A DNA stretch of 64,000 nucleotides from Candidatus Hydrogenedentota bacterium (GCA_963674865.2 CAXXYE010000009.1:1920001-1984000), one strand, 5' to 3'. Positions 8,812 to 19,051 are shown, numbered from the stretch's first letter. Notes: a model not told the origin generated them from the sequence alone. Translations and numbers: made by a program.

Positions 8812-11577
8812 ATGAAGTGGGGACTGGTGTTGCTGAGTTTGGTCGCGGCCTCAGCCGCGGCGGGGGATGTGTCCGCGGATTTCTATGTGTCAACCGCCGG
8901 GAATGATGCGTGGTCGGGCACGCTGTACGTACCTAACACCGGCGGTACGGATGGCCCCTTCGCCACGTTGGCACGTGCCCGCGACGCTGTTCGCGACCTC
9001 GTGCAGGCGGGACTCGACCACTCTGTGAGCGTTCTTGTCCGGGAGGGGACTTACTACGTCCCTGAAACGCTGGAACTGGGCTCTGGGGATTCGGGCACGG
9101 CCGACTACGCCATCACTTACGGGGCCTACGCGGACGAGGAAGTGTGGATCATAGGCGGCGTTGTCCTGAGCGGGTGGCGGCCCTTCCGCGATGACATCTG
9201 GGTGGCCTCCATCCCCGAGGGTATCGAGCCGCAGCAGGTTTTCGAGAATGGCCGGCGCATGACGCTTGCTCGTGCGCCCAATCGAGGCTATTACCGCGTC
9301 GAGGAGGCCGATTCCGCCAACGATCACACGGAATTCACCTACGAAGACGGCGACTTGGCGCCGGAGAACTGGAACGTCGCGGGCTCGACGGTCTACATAT
9401 GGCCCACGTACGACTGGTCGAGCCATGAGGTATCCATCGAGGCCATTGACGCGGATAGCCGAACCATTCTCTTAGAGAGCAGAACCGGGGCCAAGCCGGG
9501 CAACCGGTATTTCGTTCAGAATGTCCTCGGCCTGCTCGATGAGCCTGGGGAGTGCCGGATCGATCGCGAGAGCCGGCTGGTCTACTGCCGGCCTCGCCAG
9601 GCGCCCGTTGAGGAGCAGGTGATGGTGGCCTCCGGCGCGTCGCCTTTGTTGGCCATCCGCGGCGCCGAAGGGCCCGTCAGGAATGTTCACTTCGAGAACT
9701 TGAACCTGAGTGTCGCTAACGGGCATGTGGTCCACATGGGCAACGTGGAAGATTGCTCGATCCGCGGTTGTCTCGTCGAGAACGGCCGGAGCGACGGCGT
9801 CGTTGTAACAGGGCACGCCGCGGGCGTAGCCATCTGCGATAACCTTGTCCGGTACCATGGGATGAACGGCGTGGATCTTTCGGGCCTTGGGCCCGGGCCG
9901 GCGGCGGACGGGCGCGAGTGGCAGGTGTCCATCGAGAACAATCACATTCATCACTGCGGACGCCTCTTCGGGCACGGCGCCGGCGTGGCCATCACTCAGA
10001 GCGGGCACAACCGTGTCGCCCAAAACGATATCCACCACATGAAGCGCTACGGAACGGCGCTCACGGGTGGATCCTGGGGAAACGCGACATGGGAGGAGCA
10101 CTGGGATCGCCTGCACGCGCGTAATAACGTTCTCGCGTACAATCACGTGCACCACGTGAACCTCGACACGCAGGACACCGGCGCCATGGAGTGCTTCCTC
10201 GCCGGGCGCTACAACGTATATGACCACAACCTTATCCATGACACGGGCAATGACAGGTTCAGTCTCCAGAGCGGCATCTACATTGATGACGCGAGCGATT
10301 ACTTCACCGTAACCAACAACGTCATCTACGGTGTTCACGGCTCGGGGGGCGATCAGTGCATCTTCGTGAAGGGCGTCGGGAACGTCATCAAGAACAACAT
10401 TCTCATTGTGGCGCCGGACAACACCGGCGCTATCCGCTCGTTCAGCATGGGCGGGCATTGCTACGAGCATGAGTACACGCAGAATATCATCTTCTTCGAG
10501 GGAAGCGCCGGGGCGATTTACGACTTCAACGACTGGATCGATACGCGCGTTACTGCTGCCGACCACAACCTCTTCTGGAAACCTACGGGCCCGCTGACGA
10601 TTCGGGGCGGCCCCGCGCGCAGCGGCAAGAGCAAGCTCGGCTTTGGCTCGCTCGACGCGTGGCAGGCGGTTTACGACGGCAAGTACGATCGGCACAGTGT
10701 CATCGCGGATCCGCTCTTCGTGAATGCTTCTGAACGGGACTACCGTCTCGCGAAGAAGTCGCCCGCGCGGAAGATAGGATTCGCGCCGATCGACACCATC
10801 GAGAAGGCGGGGCTCACGAACGCCTATCCGGAGCGTCTCCGCCGCTTTGACGAGGCCGGTGATGAGGGGGCTGAGGAGCTTGTCGCCAATTCCATCGGCA
10901 TGTGGCTGAAGCGCATCGAGCCGGGATCCTTCCTGATGGGTTCCGCGTCGGACAAGAGCGATGACGACGAGCAGCCCGTTCATGAGGTCACTATCTCGAA
11001 GCCTTACTACATCGGTGTTTACGAGGTCACGCAAGGGCAGTATGAGGATGTGATGGGTACGAATCCGTCCCGGTTCAAAGGCTCGCGCCGGCCCGTCGAG
11101 CAGGTTACGTGGGAAGACGCGTGCGCGTTCTGCCGCCGCCTGTCGAAGCGGGAAGGGGCCGAGTATCGACTGCCGACGGAGGCCGAATGGGAGTACGCCT
11201 GCCGGGCGGGCACGCAGACGGCGTATTCCTGGGGCGATGAGTTTGACGAGCGTCGTGCGTGGGCCAGTCCCAACAGCGATGAAACGACCCACAACATCGG
11301 CGGCAAGCGGCCGAATCCGTGGGGCCTTCACGATATGAGCGGGAACGTGTGGGAATGGTGCGATGGCTGGTATGCGCCCTATGATGACGAGCCTGCCATA
11401 GATCCCACGGGCCCGCGGAAGGGCACATATCGCGTGGTGCGCGGCGGCGATTGGGAGTTTGGTCCCCGGCGCTCGCGTTCCGCTCAGCGCTACTGGCAAG
11501 ATCCCGGATTTCTCTATGAGATGTGCTTCGGATTCCGCGTCGTCAGAGTAGAGCAGGCGGAATCCGGAAAGGACTGA
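8812..11577 (+). CDS. Secreted right-handed beta-helix protein fused to a C-terminal FGE/SUMF1 (CLec-fold) domain
   Basis: Signal peptide; 'FYVSTAGNDAWSG...DGPFATLARARDA'; beta-helix repeats and 'GIYIDD'; C-terminal 'RLPTEAEWEYACRAG', 'PNPWGLHDMSGNVWEWC', 'GFRVV'. Confidence 0.88.
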   Translation: MKWGLVLLSLVAASAAAGDVSADFYVSTAGNDAWSGTLYVPNTGGTDGPFATLARARDAVRDLVQAGLDHSVSVLVREGTYYVPETLELGSGDSGTADYAITYGAYADEEVWIIGGVVLSGWRPFRDDIWVASIPEGIEPQQVFENGRRMTLARAPNRGYYRVEEADSANDHTEFTYEDGDLAPENWNVAGSTVYIWPTYDWSSHEVSIEAIDADSRTILLESRTGAKPGNRYFVQNVLGLLDEPGECRIDRESRLVYCRPRQAPVEEQVMVASGASPLLAIRGAEGPVRNVHFENLNLSVANGHVVHMGNVEDCSIRGCLVENGRSDGVVVTGHAAGVAICDNLVRYHGMNGVDLSGLGPGPAADGREWQVSIENNHIHHCGRLFGHGAGVAITQSGHNRVAQNDIHHMKRYGTALTGGSWGNATWEEHWDRLHARNNVLAYNHVHHVNLDTQDTGAMECFLAGRYNVYDHNLIHDTGNDRFSLQSGIYIDDASDYFTVTNNVIYGVHGSGGDQCIFVKGVGNVIKNNILIVAPDNTGAIRSFSMGGHCYEHEYTQNIIFFEGSAGAIYDFNDWIDTRVTAADHNLFWKPTGPLTIRGGPARSGKSKLGFGSLDAWQAVYDGKYDRHSVIADPLFVNASERDYRLAKKSPARKIGFAPIDTIEKAGLTNAYPERLRRFDEAGDEGAEELVANSIGMWLKRIEPGSFLMGSASDKSDDDEQPVHEVTISKPYYIGVYEVTQGQYEDVMGTNPSRFKGSRRPVEQVTWEDACAFCRRLSKREGAEYRLPTEAEWEYACRAGTQTAYSWGDEFDERRAWASPNSDETTHNIGGKRPNPWGLHDMSGNVWEWCDGWYAPYDDEPAIDPTGPRKGTYRVVRGGDWEFGPRRSRSAQRYWQDPGFLYEMCFGFRVVRVEQAESGKD

Positions 11578-11579
11578 AA

Positions 11580-11800
11580 CCACGAACCACAGAAGATCCT
11601 CGTGGCTTTGTGTGCTTTGTATCGCGTTGCACGGCAACTCGTCCAACTCCACACGCTGCGGGCTTTTTCTCCGCGCTACTCCGCGCTCTCGGCGGCTCTG
11701 CGATCAGCATTCTTCAACGCAGAGATGCAGAGGCCGCAAAGGAACGCAGGGAGTTTTCTTTCTTATCAGCAGGTTCCTAACGTCACGAAGACAAAGCACT
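11580..11800. repeat. REP-like imperfect palindromic intergenic sequence between convergent genes
   Basis: 'ctccgcgctactccgcgctctcggcggctctgcg' is roughly complementary to the following 'cgcagagatgcagaggccgcaaaggaacgcagggag'. Confidence 0.45.
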
Positions 11801-11801
11801 G

Positions 11802-13233
11802 TCAGGTTTCTTCGTCTTCGTGGTGCGTCCGGGCGAGGTGGTCTTTGATAAGGCTGGTGAGGCGGTTCTGGATGGCCGGGTGTTGGGGATGCCCGTACAG
11901 GTTGGTGAGTTCGTGTGGATCGGCGTGCAGGTTGAAGAGGGCGCCGTCGGTGGGGTGAAGTGACGGCCCCGGTTCGGCGGGAAAACACAGGGACAGTTTC
12001 CATCGGCCATCGCGCACCATGACGAGGCGGTCGTCGGGACGCATCTTGAAAGAACCGAGGGTGAACTCGCTGAAGACGGGGGAACTCGGCGGCTCGGCGC
12101 CGCTTCGCAGTGCCGCTCCCAGGCCGCCGCCGCGAAGGTCTTCCGGAACAGGCAGGCCCGTCAGCGACAGCAGCGTGGGGAGGAGGCTGCGCGTTTCGAC
12201 AGGCGTCTCGACGGATACGCCGGCGGGAACGTTTTCTGGATACCAGAAGATGTACGGTACCTGCACAACCGGGTCGTAGAAGGTTTGCTTTTGCACGAGG
12301 CCGTAGTCGCCGAGATGCGTGCCGTGATCGGAGAGGAAGACGACAATGGTGTTGTCAAGCAGGCCGCGGCCGCGCATCCAATCGAGGAGTTGCCCTACCT
12401 GGCTGTCGAGAAATGCGACCTCGCCGTAGTAGTAGCGGCGCATATCGCGAATCTGCTCGGGCGTCAGGCGCCGCGCGTCGGAGGCGGTGCGCAGCGTATC
12501 GGCGATCCATTCGGGCTGGCCGGGCAGCGCCTCTTCCGTGTCGGGTGGTAGGGCGATGGCATCGGGATCGATGAGCGTGTCGTAGGGGGCGGGCGGCACG
12601 ACGGGCGTATGGGGCGCGTTGAATGAAACGCGTAGGAAGAAGGGCGCGCTCTCATCCCGGGTCTCGAGCCAAGCCGTGGCCTCACGAATGGCGCGGGCCT
12701 CCGAAGTGTGTTCGGGGCCAAGGGGAAAGCGGCCGCCAAAGATCCAAGGATAGGGTGCGGCCGGATAATGCACAACGCCGTAATTGGCCGGGTCGAAAGC
12801 GTCGGCGTAGGCGTAATACGTGACGGCTTCAGAGAGTTCGAAGTGATTCTCGATCTGAAAGGCGTTGTTCGCGGCGCAGTAGTGGCGTTTGCCGAAGCTC
12901 GCGCTTGCGTAGCCGGCCTCGTGGAAGTGCTGCGTCAAATGCTCGAGCACGGGGGAAGTTCTCGCGGAGATTCCACCAGACACCGATCTCGTTCGGATAG
13001 CGGCCGGTGATTATCGAGGCGCGCGCGGGGCCGCACACCGGGGCGGGGGTGATGGCGTGCTTGAAGAGGACGCCTTCCCGGGCGAGGAGATCGAGATTGG
13101 GTGAATGCGCCCAGGGGCTGCCGTAGCATCCCAGGGCGTCGGTGCGCAGTTCGTCGGACATGAGCCAGAGTATGTTCGGGCGCTTCCGGTTTGCCTTGTG
13201 CTCAACGTCTCGGGCAGCCATGTTTGGCCTCAT
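11802..13233 (-). pseudogene. Sulfatase (choline-sulfatase-like) split by a single-base frameshift, real or an assembly error
   Basis: One frame has 'PNILWLMSDELR' and the CGPAR (CxPxR) motif; the rest ('GKRH', 'PHTP', 'SDHG') is in the next frame; the switch is at the G5 run 12951-12955. Confidence 0.8.
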
Positions 13234-13339
13234 CCATTGGCTTCAGTCGTGCTGATTGTATCCTATTCCTGCGAAAAGCTGGGACAGAGGAGCCGCCGAA
13301 AAAGTCCAGAGTTGCTGCACGCAGGCCGCGAAAGGACCT

Positions 13340-13495
13340 GGGACAGTCCCGTCTTCGTCCGCCTGCGGCGGACTCCGCTTGGGACAGTCCCGGTCTTTCG
13401 CTCAACCTCTGGGGCGAATGCGACTTTTCCAACAGCTCCACAGACACGTCTCCGTCCGCCTGAGGCGAACTTCGCTTGTGTCAGTCCCCGTTTTC
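13340..13495. repeat. Palindromic GGGACAGTCCC repeat cluster (REP-like)
   Basis: GGGACAGTCCC at 13340-13350 and 13381-13391 flank the hairpin GTCCGCCTGCGGCGGAC; related GTCCGCCTGAGGCGAAC near 13454 and TCAGTCCCC at 13481. Confidence 0.6.
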
Positions 13496-13522
13496 CGCTT
13501 ATTTGCGGCCTCTCTTGGTTTG

Positions 13523-14830
13523 CTATGAGCCGCATCCCTGGCTTTCGGACTTCGCAAGTTCCGCTGAGCGATCTGCGACGCTGCGCAATGCGTCCAGCAC
13601 CATTTCGGCCGCGCCTGTGATGGGGTCGCTGAGCATCGGCAAGAACACGGTGTGTTTGGCGGCGTGCTCGGCGTTGGGGAAGTCGCCTGGCTGGTAGCCG
13701 GTGTATCCTTCCGACGCGCACAAGGGCCCGCGGTTGCGCGTAAATACGTCGAAGCCTTTGGCGAACAGCGGGAGATCATGCAGGTTAGGATACGGCTGGT
13801 TGCTGACTTTGAGTCCCATCTCGTTGAGGGCGCCGCAGAATCCGTCGCAGGATAGGCCGTTCAACTCTTCGGGTCCGTAGACGGCGGGAAAGCCGTAGAA
13901 TCCGGCCCGCTCGGCACCGTCGTAGACTTTGACGGGCCGCAGTCCGGGGACGTCGGCCAATCCGGCCTCGACCTCGGCGATGTAGGCCGCGCGGCGCGCG
14001 TTGAGTTCGGGCAGTTTCTCGAGCTGTACTTTGGCGATGCCGATGCCGAGGGGGTGGGCGCGAAACTTCATGCCAAGGCCAAGCGGCTGATGCTCCTCAT
14101 AGCGCGCGCCGACGAGGTCGATGCCTGCGATGCGGTTGACTTGGCCTACGAGGCAGGCCCGCTCGAACACGTCGATGTCGTCCGTGGCGACGACACCGCC
14201 TTCGCCTGCGCTGACGGGCTTCGATCCTTGCAGGCTCCAGCAGCCGACCTTACCAATGGAGCCGCACATGGCCCCTTTGTACTTGGCGCCGTGGGCGTGG
14301 GAGCAGTCTTCCAGCACCGGCACGTCGAACTTCTTGCCGATGGTGAGCAGGGCGTCGAGGTCGCACAGGTTTCCCCAGAGGTGTACCGCGCAGATGCAGG
14401 CGGTCTTGTCGGTGATCTTGGCGCGGACGTCGTCCGGGTCGATTTCGAGCGAGTTCGGGTCGATATCGCAGAAGACGGGCTTGGCGCCGAGGAGGACCGC
14501 CGGGGCAATGCTGCAAATCCACGTGTTGACGGGGCAGATGACCTCGTCGCCCGGGCCGACGCCGAGGCCGAAGTAGGCGCTGTAAAGGGCGGAAGTGCCG
14601 TTAAGCGTCGTGATTGAGAAGCGGGCGCCAATCCATTCGCGCCAGGCCTTCTCGAAGTCGCGGACGACGGGCGTGCCTCCGGACAGCTCGTTCCGCCGAG
14701 TCATGTCCGCCACTATGGCGATCTCTTCGTCGCCGACTTGGCTCCAGCGATCCAGTTCCGGCAACGCTGCGCCGCCGGTTTGCACAAATGTACGTGTCGG
14801 GACGAAGGGGTCTTGGTTGTCGGCCGTCAT
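13523..14830 (-). CDS. DegT/DnrJ/EryC1/StrS PLP-dependent aminotransferase
   Basis: 'NGTSALYSA', 'LEDCSHAHGA' and 'SLQGSKPVSAGEGG'. Confidence 0.9.
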   Translation of the reverse strand: MTADNQDPFVPTRTFVQTGGAALPELDRWSQVGDEEIAIVADMTRRNELSGGTPVVRDFEKAWREWIGARFSITTLNGTSALYSAYFGLGVGPGDEVICPVNTWICSIAPAVLLGAKPVFCDIDPNSLEIDPDDVRAKITDKTACICAVHLWGNLCDLDALLTIGKKFDVPVLEDCSHAHGAKYKGAMCGSIGKVGCWSLQGSKPVSAGEGGVVATDDIDVFERACLVGQVNRIAGIDLVGARYEEHQPLGLGMKFRAHPLGIGIAKVQLEKLPELNARRAAYIAEVEAGLADVPGLRPVKVYDGAERAGFYGFPAVYGPEELNGLSCDGFCGALNEMGLKVSNQPYPNLHDLPLFAKGFDVFTRNRGPLCASEGYTGYQPGDFPNAEHAAKHTVFLPMLSDPITGAAEMVLDALRSVADRSAELAKSESQGCGS

Positions 14831-15534
14831 GAATGCGTCTCCTCCGGGGCGGCGCCATCGATGTGAAAGATGGGCGCGCCTTTCGCTGCTTGTTTCTCGA
14901 TTGCCTTTCTGCCCGCGCGGACGTGCTCACGCATGAGTCGCTCCGCCTCATCGGTCAGGTTCTGCTCTATTGCCTTGAGTATCGCAAGATGCTCGTCGCG
15001 GATGGTCTTGAAGTCTCGGGCCACGCGGATAACGCGCTCGAACACGCGGTAGTTCTCGGAAAGCCGCTCGAGCATACCGTTGCCGGATATGCGGATGAGC
15101 CGATGATGCCACTGGCGATCCAACAGGCCCATTTCCTCGTGATCGCCCTCAATGGCCAGTTCATAGACACGCTCCGCCATCGCGGCCAGTTCCCGGAGAT
15201 CCGCCCGGGCGACGCGTTCGCAACACAAACGCGCCGCGAGTCCCTCGAGCATCTCGCGGACTTCGTAGGCCTGGATGAGTTTCTCGGCGTCCAGGCTGCT
15301 GACGAACACGCCGAAGTTGTCTACCGCCTCGACAAGGCCTACCGCCCGGAGTTCGAGGAGGGATTCGCGGATGACGCCTTGCGACACGCCGAAGATCCTC
15401 GCCAAGTGCACTTGCGAGAGCTTCGCGCCCGGTGCGAAAGCGCCGCTCAGGATCATCTCGCGTATCCCATCGCGGACGCGATGCCGTGCCACGGCGCCTG
15501 TCCCGGTGTTGGGCTGGCTACGCTTGTTGGCCAT
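14827..15534 (-). CDS. GntR/FadR family transcriptional regulator (FCD domain)
   Basis: wHTH 'PGAKLSQVHLARIFGVSQGVIRESL'; FCD 'YEVREMLEG...HHRL...EHLAILKAI'; stop overlaps the start of the aminotransferase (ATGA). Confidence 0.9.
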   Translation of the reverse strand: MANKRSQPNTGTGAVARHRVRDGIREMILSGAFAPGAKLSQVHLARIFGVSQGVIRESLLELRAVGLVEAVDNFGVFVSSLDAEKLIQAYEVREMLEGLAARLCCERVARADLRELAAMAERVYELAIEGDHEEMGLLDRQWHHRLIRISGNGMLERLSENYRVFERVIRVARDFKTIRDEHLAILKAIEQNLTDEAERLMREHVRAGRKAIEKQAAKGAPIFHIDGAAPEETHS

Positions 15535-15555
15535 AGTCTCGGCCCCTTCGGTGTG

Positions 15556-15587
15556 AATTATCGATAATTATTGATAACTATCGAGAG
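15556..15587. promoter_or_regulatory. Putative GntR operator (autoregulation)
   Basis: Perfect palindrome AATTATCGATAATT at 15556-15569 overlapping three tandem 10-mers TTATCGATAA/TTATTGATAA/CTATCGAGAG; AT-rich patch ~20 bp upstream of the GntR start. Confidence 0.6.
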
Positions 15588-18025
15588 TGTACGCCCTTTG
15601 TCCGGCGAAGCGCAACAACGGGAACAAGAGCCAATGCAGGGGGGCACTTCCCCGACGTGTGGACTGCCTCAGGCTCTCCGAGCGATTTCAGGCGGAGGAC
15701 GGCCTTGGCCGCTGGGTTGCCGGTAAATTCGCCGGACAAGGCCAGTTGGTGGTGGCCGGGGGACAGGTCGGGCGCGGGCCGGGGGAGTTCGATGGTATTG
15801 ATCTGTCGTCCATCGGAATCGTAGATGCGCACCGTTTCGGTTCCGTCGAATACGATGCGCTGCCCCGCGGCGATCTCGGCATCGATTTCCACCTGGATGT
15901 AGCCGTCTATCTCGATGCTGGGCTTGCTGAACGTGCCGCCGACGCCCTCAACGTCCAACTGGAACTGAAGCGGCTGTTTGCCGCCGGTTGTCAAGCACTC
16001 TCCTATGTCCGCGGTCGGTTCGCCGGGCTGCCGGATCTTCTTCTCGTATTCCAGGGCTTCGGATACGTGCACCGGGTACAGGCGCCATTGGCCGGGGGCG
16101 TCCTCTTCGAGATGGAATTCGCGGCTTGGGTCGCGGAGAACGACTTGCTGCTCATCGGAGAACGCGCCGCATCGGCGGGCCTCCTCCCAAACGCGGATGG
16201 CGTCGAGGATGGCCCCTGTCTGGGTGTTGGCGCGGATGCGGTCGATGTCCGTGGCGAGGGCGAATCCCGCGTTGTATCCGGCCCCGCGCGCGAGCATCCA
16301 CTCGATGTCGGCGAGGGTGGTTTCGGCAGTCATCGAGAACCAGCCCAGCATGTTGGGCATGAGGTTGCGCGTGAGCAGGGCCTGGTTGTTGAAGCGATAC
16401 TCGGCCATGCTCTCGCGAAAGCCGGCATACCACGGCTCGCCCCAGTTGACGGCGGTGTTGATGTGCCAATAGAAGGGCTTGCACATGCTGGAGCCGTTGA
16501 AGATGGGGCGTTCGAGATGCTCGTAGAAGACCTTGGCGAACATCTCCGTGGCGAAGTCGCCCTGGCCGCTCGACCAGCACCCCTCGTGGCCGTCAAAGTC
16601 CATGTGGCACATGCCGGTTTCGTTGAAGAGCCGGGCCAGGCGGACGGCGACCTCGTGCTGCATTTCGTAGCTGGTGAGGAACACCTTGTAGTCGTGGTCC
16701 ATGAGCTTGGCCACCTCGGCTCCCTGGGTGTGGGCGGCGGGCATCGTGCCGAAGGCGCCGCGCTGGCAGTCCAGGAGTCGCCAGGGAGGCGCATCCGACA
16801 CGGTACGGTAGCGGATCAATTCCTGGTCGATCATGACGGTGCGGAGCCAATTGGCCTCGGTATTGTTGAAGTATTCGGGCGAGGCGACGGGGATCTCGGC
16901 ATCCGTTGGGTTGATGTCCTCGACAAGCTCGCTGCTACCGGTTTTGGCCAGGCGAGGATCGGGCACGGGGGTGATGTAGGCGTCGTGGGTATGAATGAAG
17001 TTCGTGAGCACGTGGGCGCCGACGCGGATGCCACGTTGCCGCGCTTTCTCGACGCACCGCTTCATTCCCTCGACGCCGTTCGGGAAGAGCTTTTCGTAGA
17101 GTCCGAAATGGCCCCAGCTCTTGAACGGCCCCTCGTGGTACAGGCAGCCGAAATGGCCGCGCTCGGTGTAATCGAGCCACTCATCGACAGTGTCCTCGGC
17201 GAACGGGGCAATGAGATAGGAGCGGCCCGACTCGGGTGATTTCTTGGCCCAGATTCCGTCGAATTCGGGATGGGGGAGTCCTTCGGCGACCTCTATCTCA
17301 CCTATTCGGTCCAGTGCCTCTGCGGCGGAGCAGCCGAACAGGGCGATCTTCGATCCGAGCACCGTCTCGCCTTCGATAGGCGGCACGGGCATGTTGGGGA
17401 AGTTCTTGCCCCACACGGTGATATTGCGCGGTCTCGAGCGGTCGAGCGTATAGGCTTGCAAGACGCTGCCGTAGTCCGTTGCCTCCGCGGTTCGGCCGCG
17501 TGAGAACTCGACGCCCTCATCGTTCGGCCATGCCCCGCCGAGGGTTTTGACGTTCAGCCCCTGGATGCCGATGGCGAAGTCGTCGTCACGCACGACGCCG
17601 ATGATCTCGCCGACGGCGCCCTTGATCGAGGTGGGGATAGGCCCCCACTGAACGGCCTCGACCTCGGCCAATGGGTCGAGGGCCACCAAATCCAGAAGGA
17701 CGTATCCCGGCTTCACCGTGGTCTGTACGTGTGCTTCCACGCCCAGGTCGCCGTAGATCAAGCGCATTGTGCCGGCGTCCCAGCGCATCTCAGAAGGGTG
17801 CGCAAATTGCCCGTCGCACCGGACTTGAAGAATAGCCCCGGCGTCCTGTTGTGCGGCGTACTCGACGCCCCGCGCGCGGTCGAGCAGGCTGATGATCTGC
17901 CCGCGGCCGCCTATCACGAGGCGCAGGGCCTCTGTTTCCAATACGGCGTCGCCGGATCTGGCGGGGGACGTCGCCATCCGGGGCAGCATCATTGCGGTGT
18001 GAAGCGGAGGTAGCCAGTGAGCCAT
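15578..18025 (-). CDS. Large hypothetical protein, probable TIM-barrel glycoside hydrolase-like
   Basis: ~815-aa ORF with GGAG RBS; 'GAHVLTNFI', 'MDFDGHEG' and 'NWGEPWY' barrel-like motifs. Confidence 0.6.
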   Translation of the reverse strand: MAHWLPPLHTAMMLPRMATSPARSGDAVLETEALRLVIGGRGQIISLLDRARGVEYAAQQDAGAILQVRCDGQFAHPSEMRWDAGTMRLIYGDLGVEAHVQTTVKPGYVLLDLVALDPLAEVEAVQWGPIPTSIKGAVGEIIGVVRDDDFAIGIQGLNVKTLGGAWPNDEGVEFSRGRTAEATDYGSVLQAYTLDRSRPRNITVWGKNFPNMPVPPIEGETVLGSKIALFGCSAAEALDRIGEIEVAEGLPHPEFDGIWAKKSPESGRSYLIAPFAEDTVDEWLDYTERGHFGCLYHEGPFKSWGHFGLYEKLFPNGVEGMKRCVEKARQRGIRVGAHVLTNFIHTHDAYITPVPDPRLAKTGSSELVEDINPTDAEIPVASPEYFNNTEANWLRTVMIDQELIRYRTVSDAPPWRLLDCQRGAFGTMPAAHTQGAEVAKLMDHDYKVFLTSYEMQHEVAVRLARLFNETGMCHMDFDGHEGCWSSGQGDFATEMFAKVFYEHLERPIFNGSSMCKPFYWHINTAVNWGEPWYAGFRESMAEYRFNNQALLTRNLMPNMLGWFSMTAETTLADIEWMLARGAGYNAGFALATDIDRIRANTQTGAILDAIRVWEEARRCGAFSDEQQVVLRDPSREFHLEEDAPGQWRLYPVHVSEALEYEKKIRQPGEPTADIGECLTTGGKQPLQFQLDVEGVGGTFSKPSIEIDGYIQVEIDAEIAAGQRIVFDGTETVRIYDSDGRQINTIELPRPAPDLSPGHHQLALSGEFTGNPAAKAVLRLKSLGEPEAVHTSGKCPPALALVPVVALRRTKGVHSR

Positions 18026-18299
18026 GGAAAGCACTCCCCACTAATGACAGGTGACAGGTTAACCTGCGGGACACTAGGTTATCCGGCAGTAGAAGGTCAA
18101 GAAGATGGATGGTCCTCGGGCGAACCGGGGGCACGTGCTTGTGGTGTATCGGCGCCTGAAAAGCGGAAAGCCAGAGTTCTTTCGTGAAATGGGGTTGACA
18201 AGAGAACACTAATTTGCAACACTATACATTATTTTGCATTATTCTCTGATTGGGATTCGGTATCGTTCTCACGTTCCTCTTGTGTCGGGATTATGAACC

Positions 18300-18884
18300 G
18301 TGGCAGCACATGACGACATCCTGTCGGTTGGGGAAGCGGCAGCTTTGCTGAAGCTTCATAGGGAGACGGTCCGCCGGCTCGCACGGGAGAGGAAGATACC
18401 GGCCTTCAAGGTGGGGGGCGCTTGGCGCTTCAGTGCCCGGGCGCTTATGGCTTCCGGCCCAAAGCGGGAGGAAGGTGCGGCACCGCGGGGCACGGTCCTC
18501 GTGGTGGATGACGATGAAGAAATCCGCAATCTTGTGGGCCGTCAGCTTACCGCGGCAGGTTTCGAGGCATTGGAGGCGGCGAATGGGGACGAGGCCGTCA
18601 CACATGTTGAACGAGAGCGGCCCGACATGGTCTTGCTGGACCTCGTCATGCCGGGCATGACGGGGCCGGAGGTACTTGGCGAAATCCGAGCGCGTTGGGG
18701 GCAGGTACCGGTAGTGGTGGTCACGGGATATCCGGACAGCGCCCTCGTATTCAGGGCGTTGGAGTATGGGCCAATCACCTTGCTGGCAAAGCCGATTGAT
18801 CTGACGCAACTGAGAGCCCTCGTAAAGGCCGTGCTTGTGGGCGAGGAAGACACCACGCCGCGGAAACATTCGGGAGGCGCGTGA
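18300..18884 (+). CDS. Excisionase-type HTH (HTH_17) fused to a response-regulator receiver domain
   Basis: 'LSVGEAAALLKLHRETVRRLARERKIPAFKVGGAWRF', then REC motifs 'LVVDDDE', 'LLDLVMPGMTG', 'VVTG', 'KP'. Confidence 0.88.
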   Translation: MAAHDDILSVGEAAALLKLHRETVRRLARERKIPAFKVGGAWRFSARALMASGPKREEGAAPRGTVLVVDDDEEIRNLVGRQLTAAGFEALEAANGDEAVTHVERERPDMVLLDLVMPGMTGPEVLGEIRARWGQVPVVVVTGYPDSALVFRALEYGPITLLAKPIDLTQLRALVKAVLVGEEDTTPRKHSGGA

Positions 18885-19051
18885 TGCGCCGGCTGTATTT
18901 TGGCAAGAGGAAGGCCGTCAGGAATGGCGCCTTTACTGCGTATTGCGCCCAGCTCTTTTTTGTGGGCCACCGGATATAGTTCATTTCTGAAGGGAACGGG
19001 GCTCCCCTGGTGGGGCTGGAGCTCCCTGGAATGGAGGGGAATATCGTGGTG

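Noticed and set aside
11420..11560. FGE/CLec C-terminus as a diversity-generating retroelement target
   Set aside because: No template repeat with adenine-specific differences and no reverse transcriptase in the window; a remote DGR cannot be excluded.
9472..11652. Long antisense or alternate-frame ORFs (also 15587-17239 and 23417-25102)
   Set aside because: They are shadows of well-supported genes in high-GC DNA and carry no recognisable motifs.
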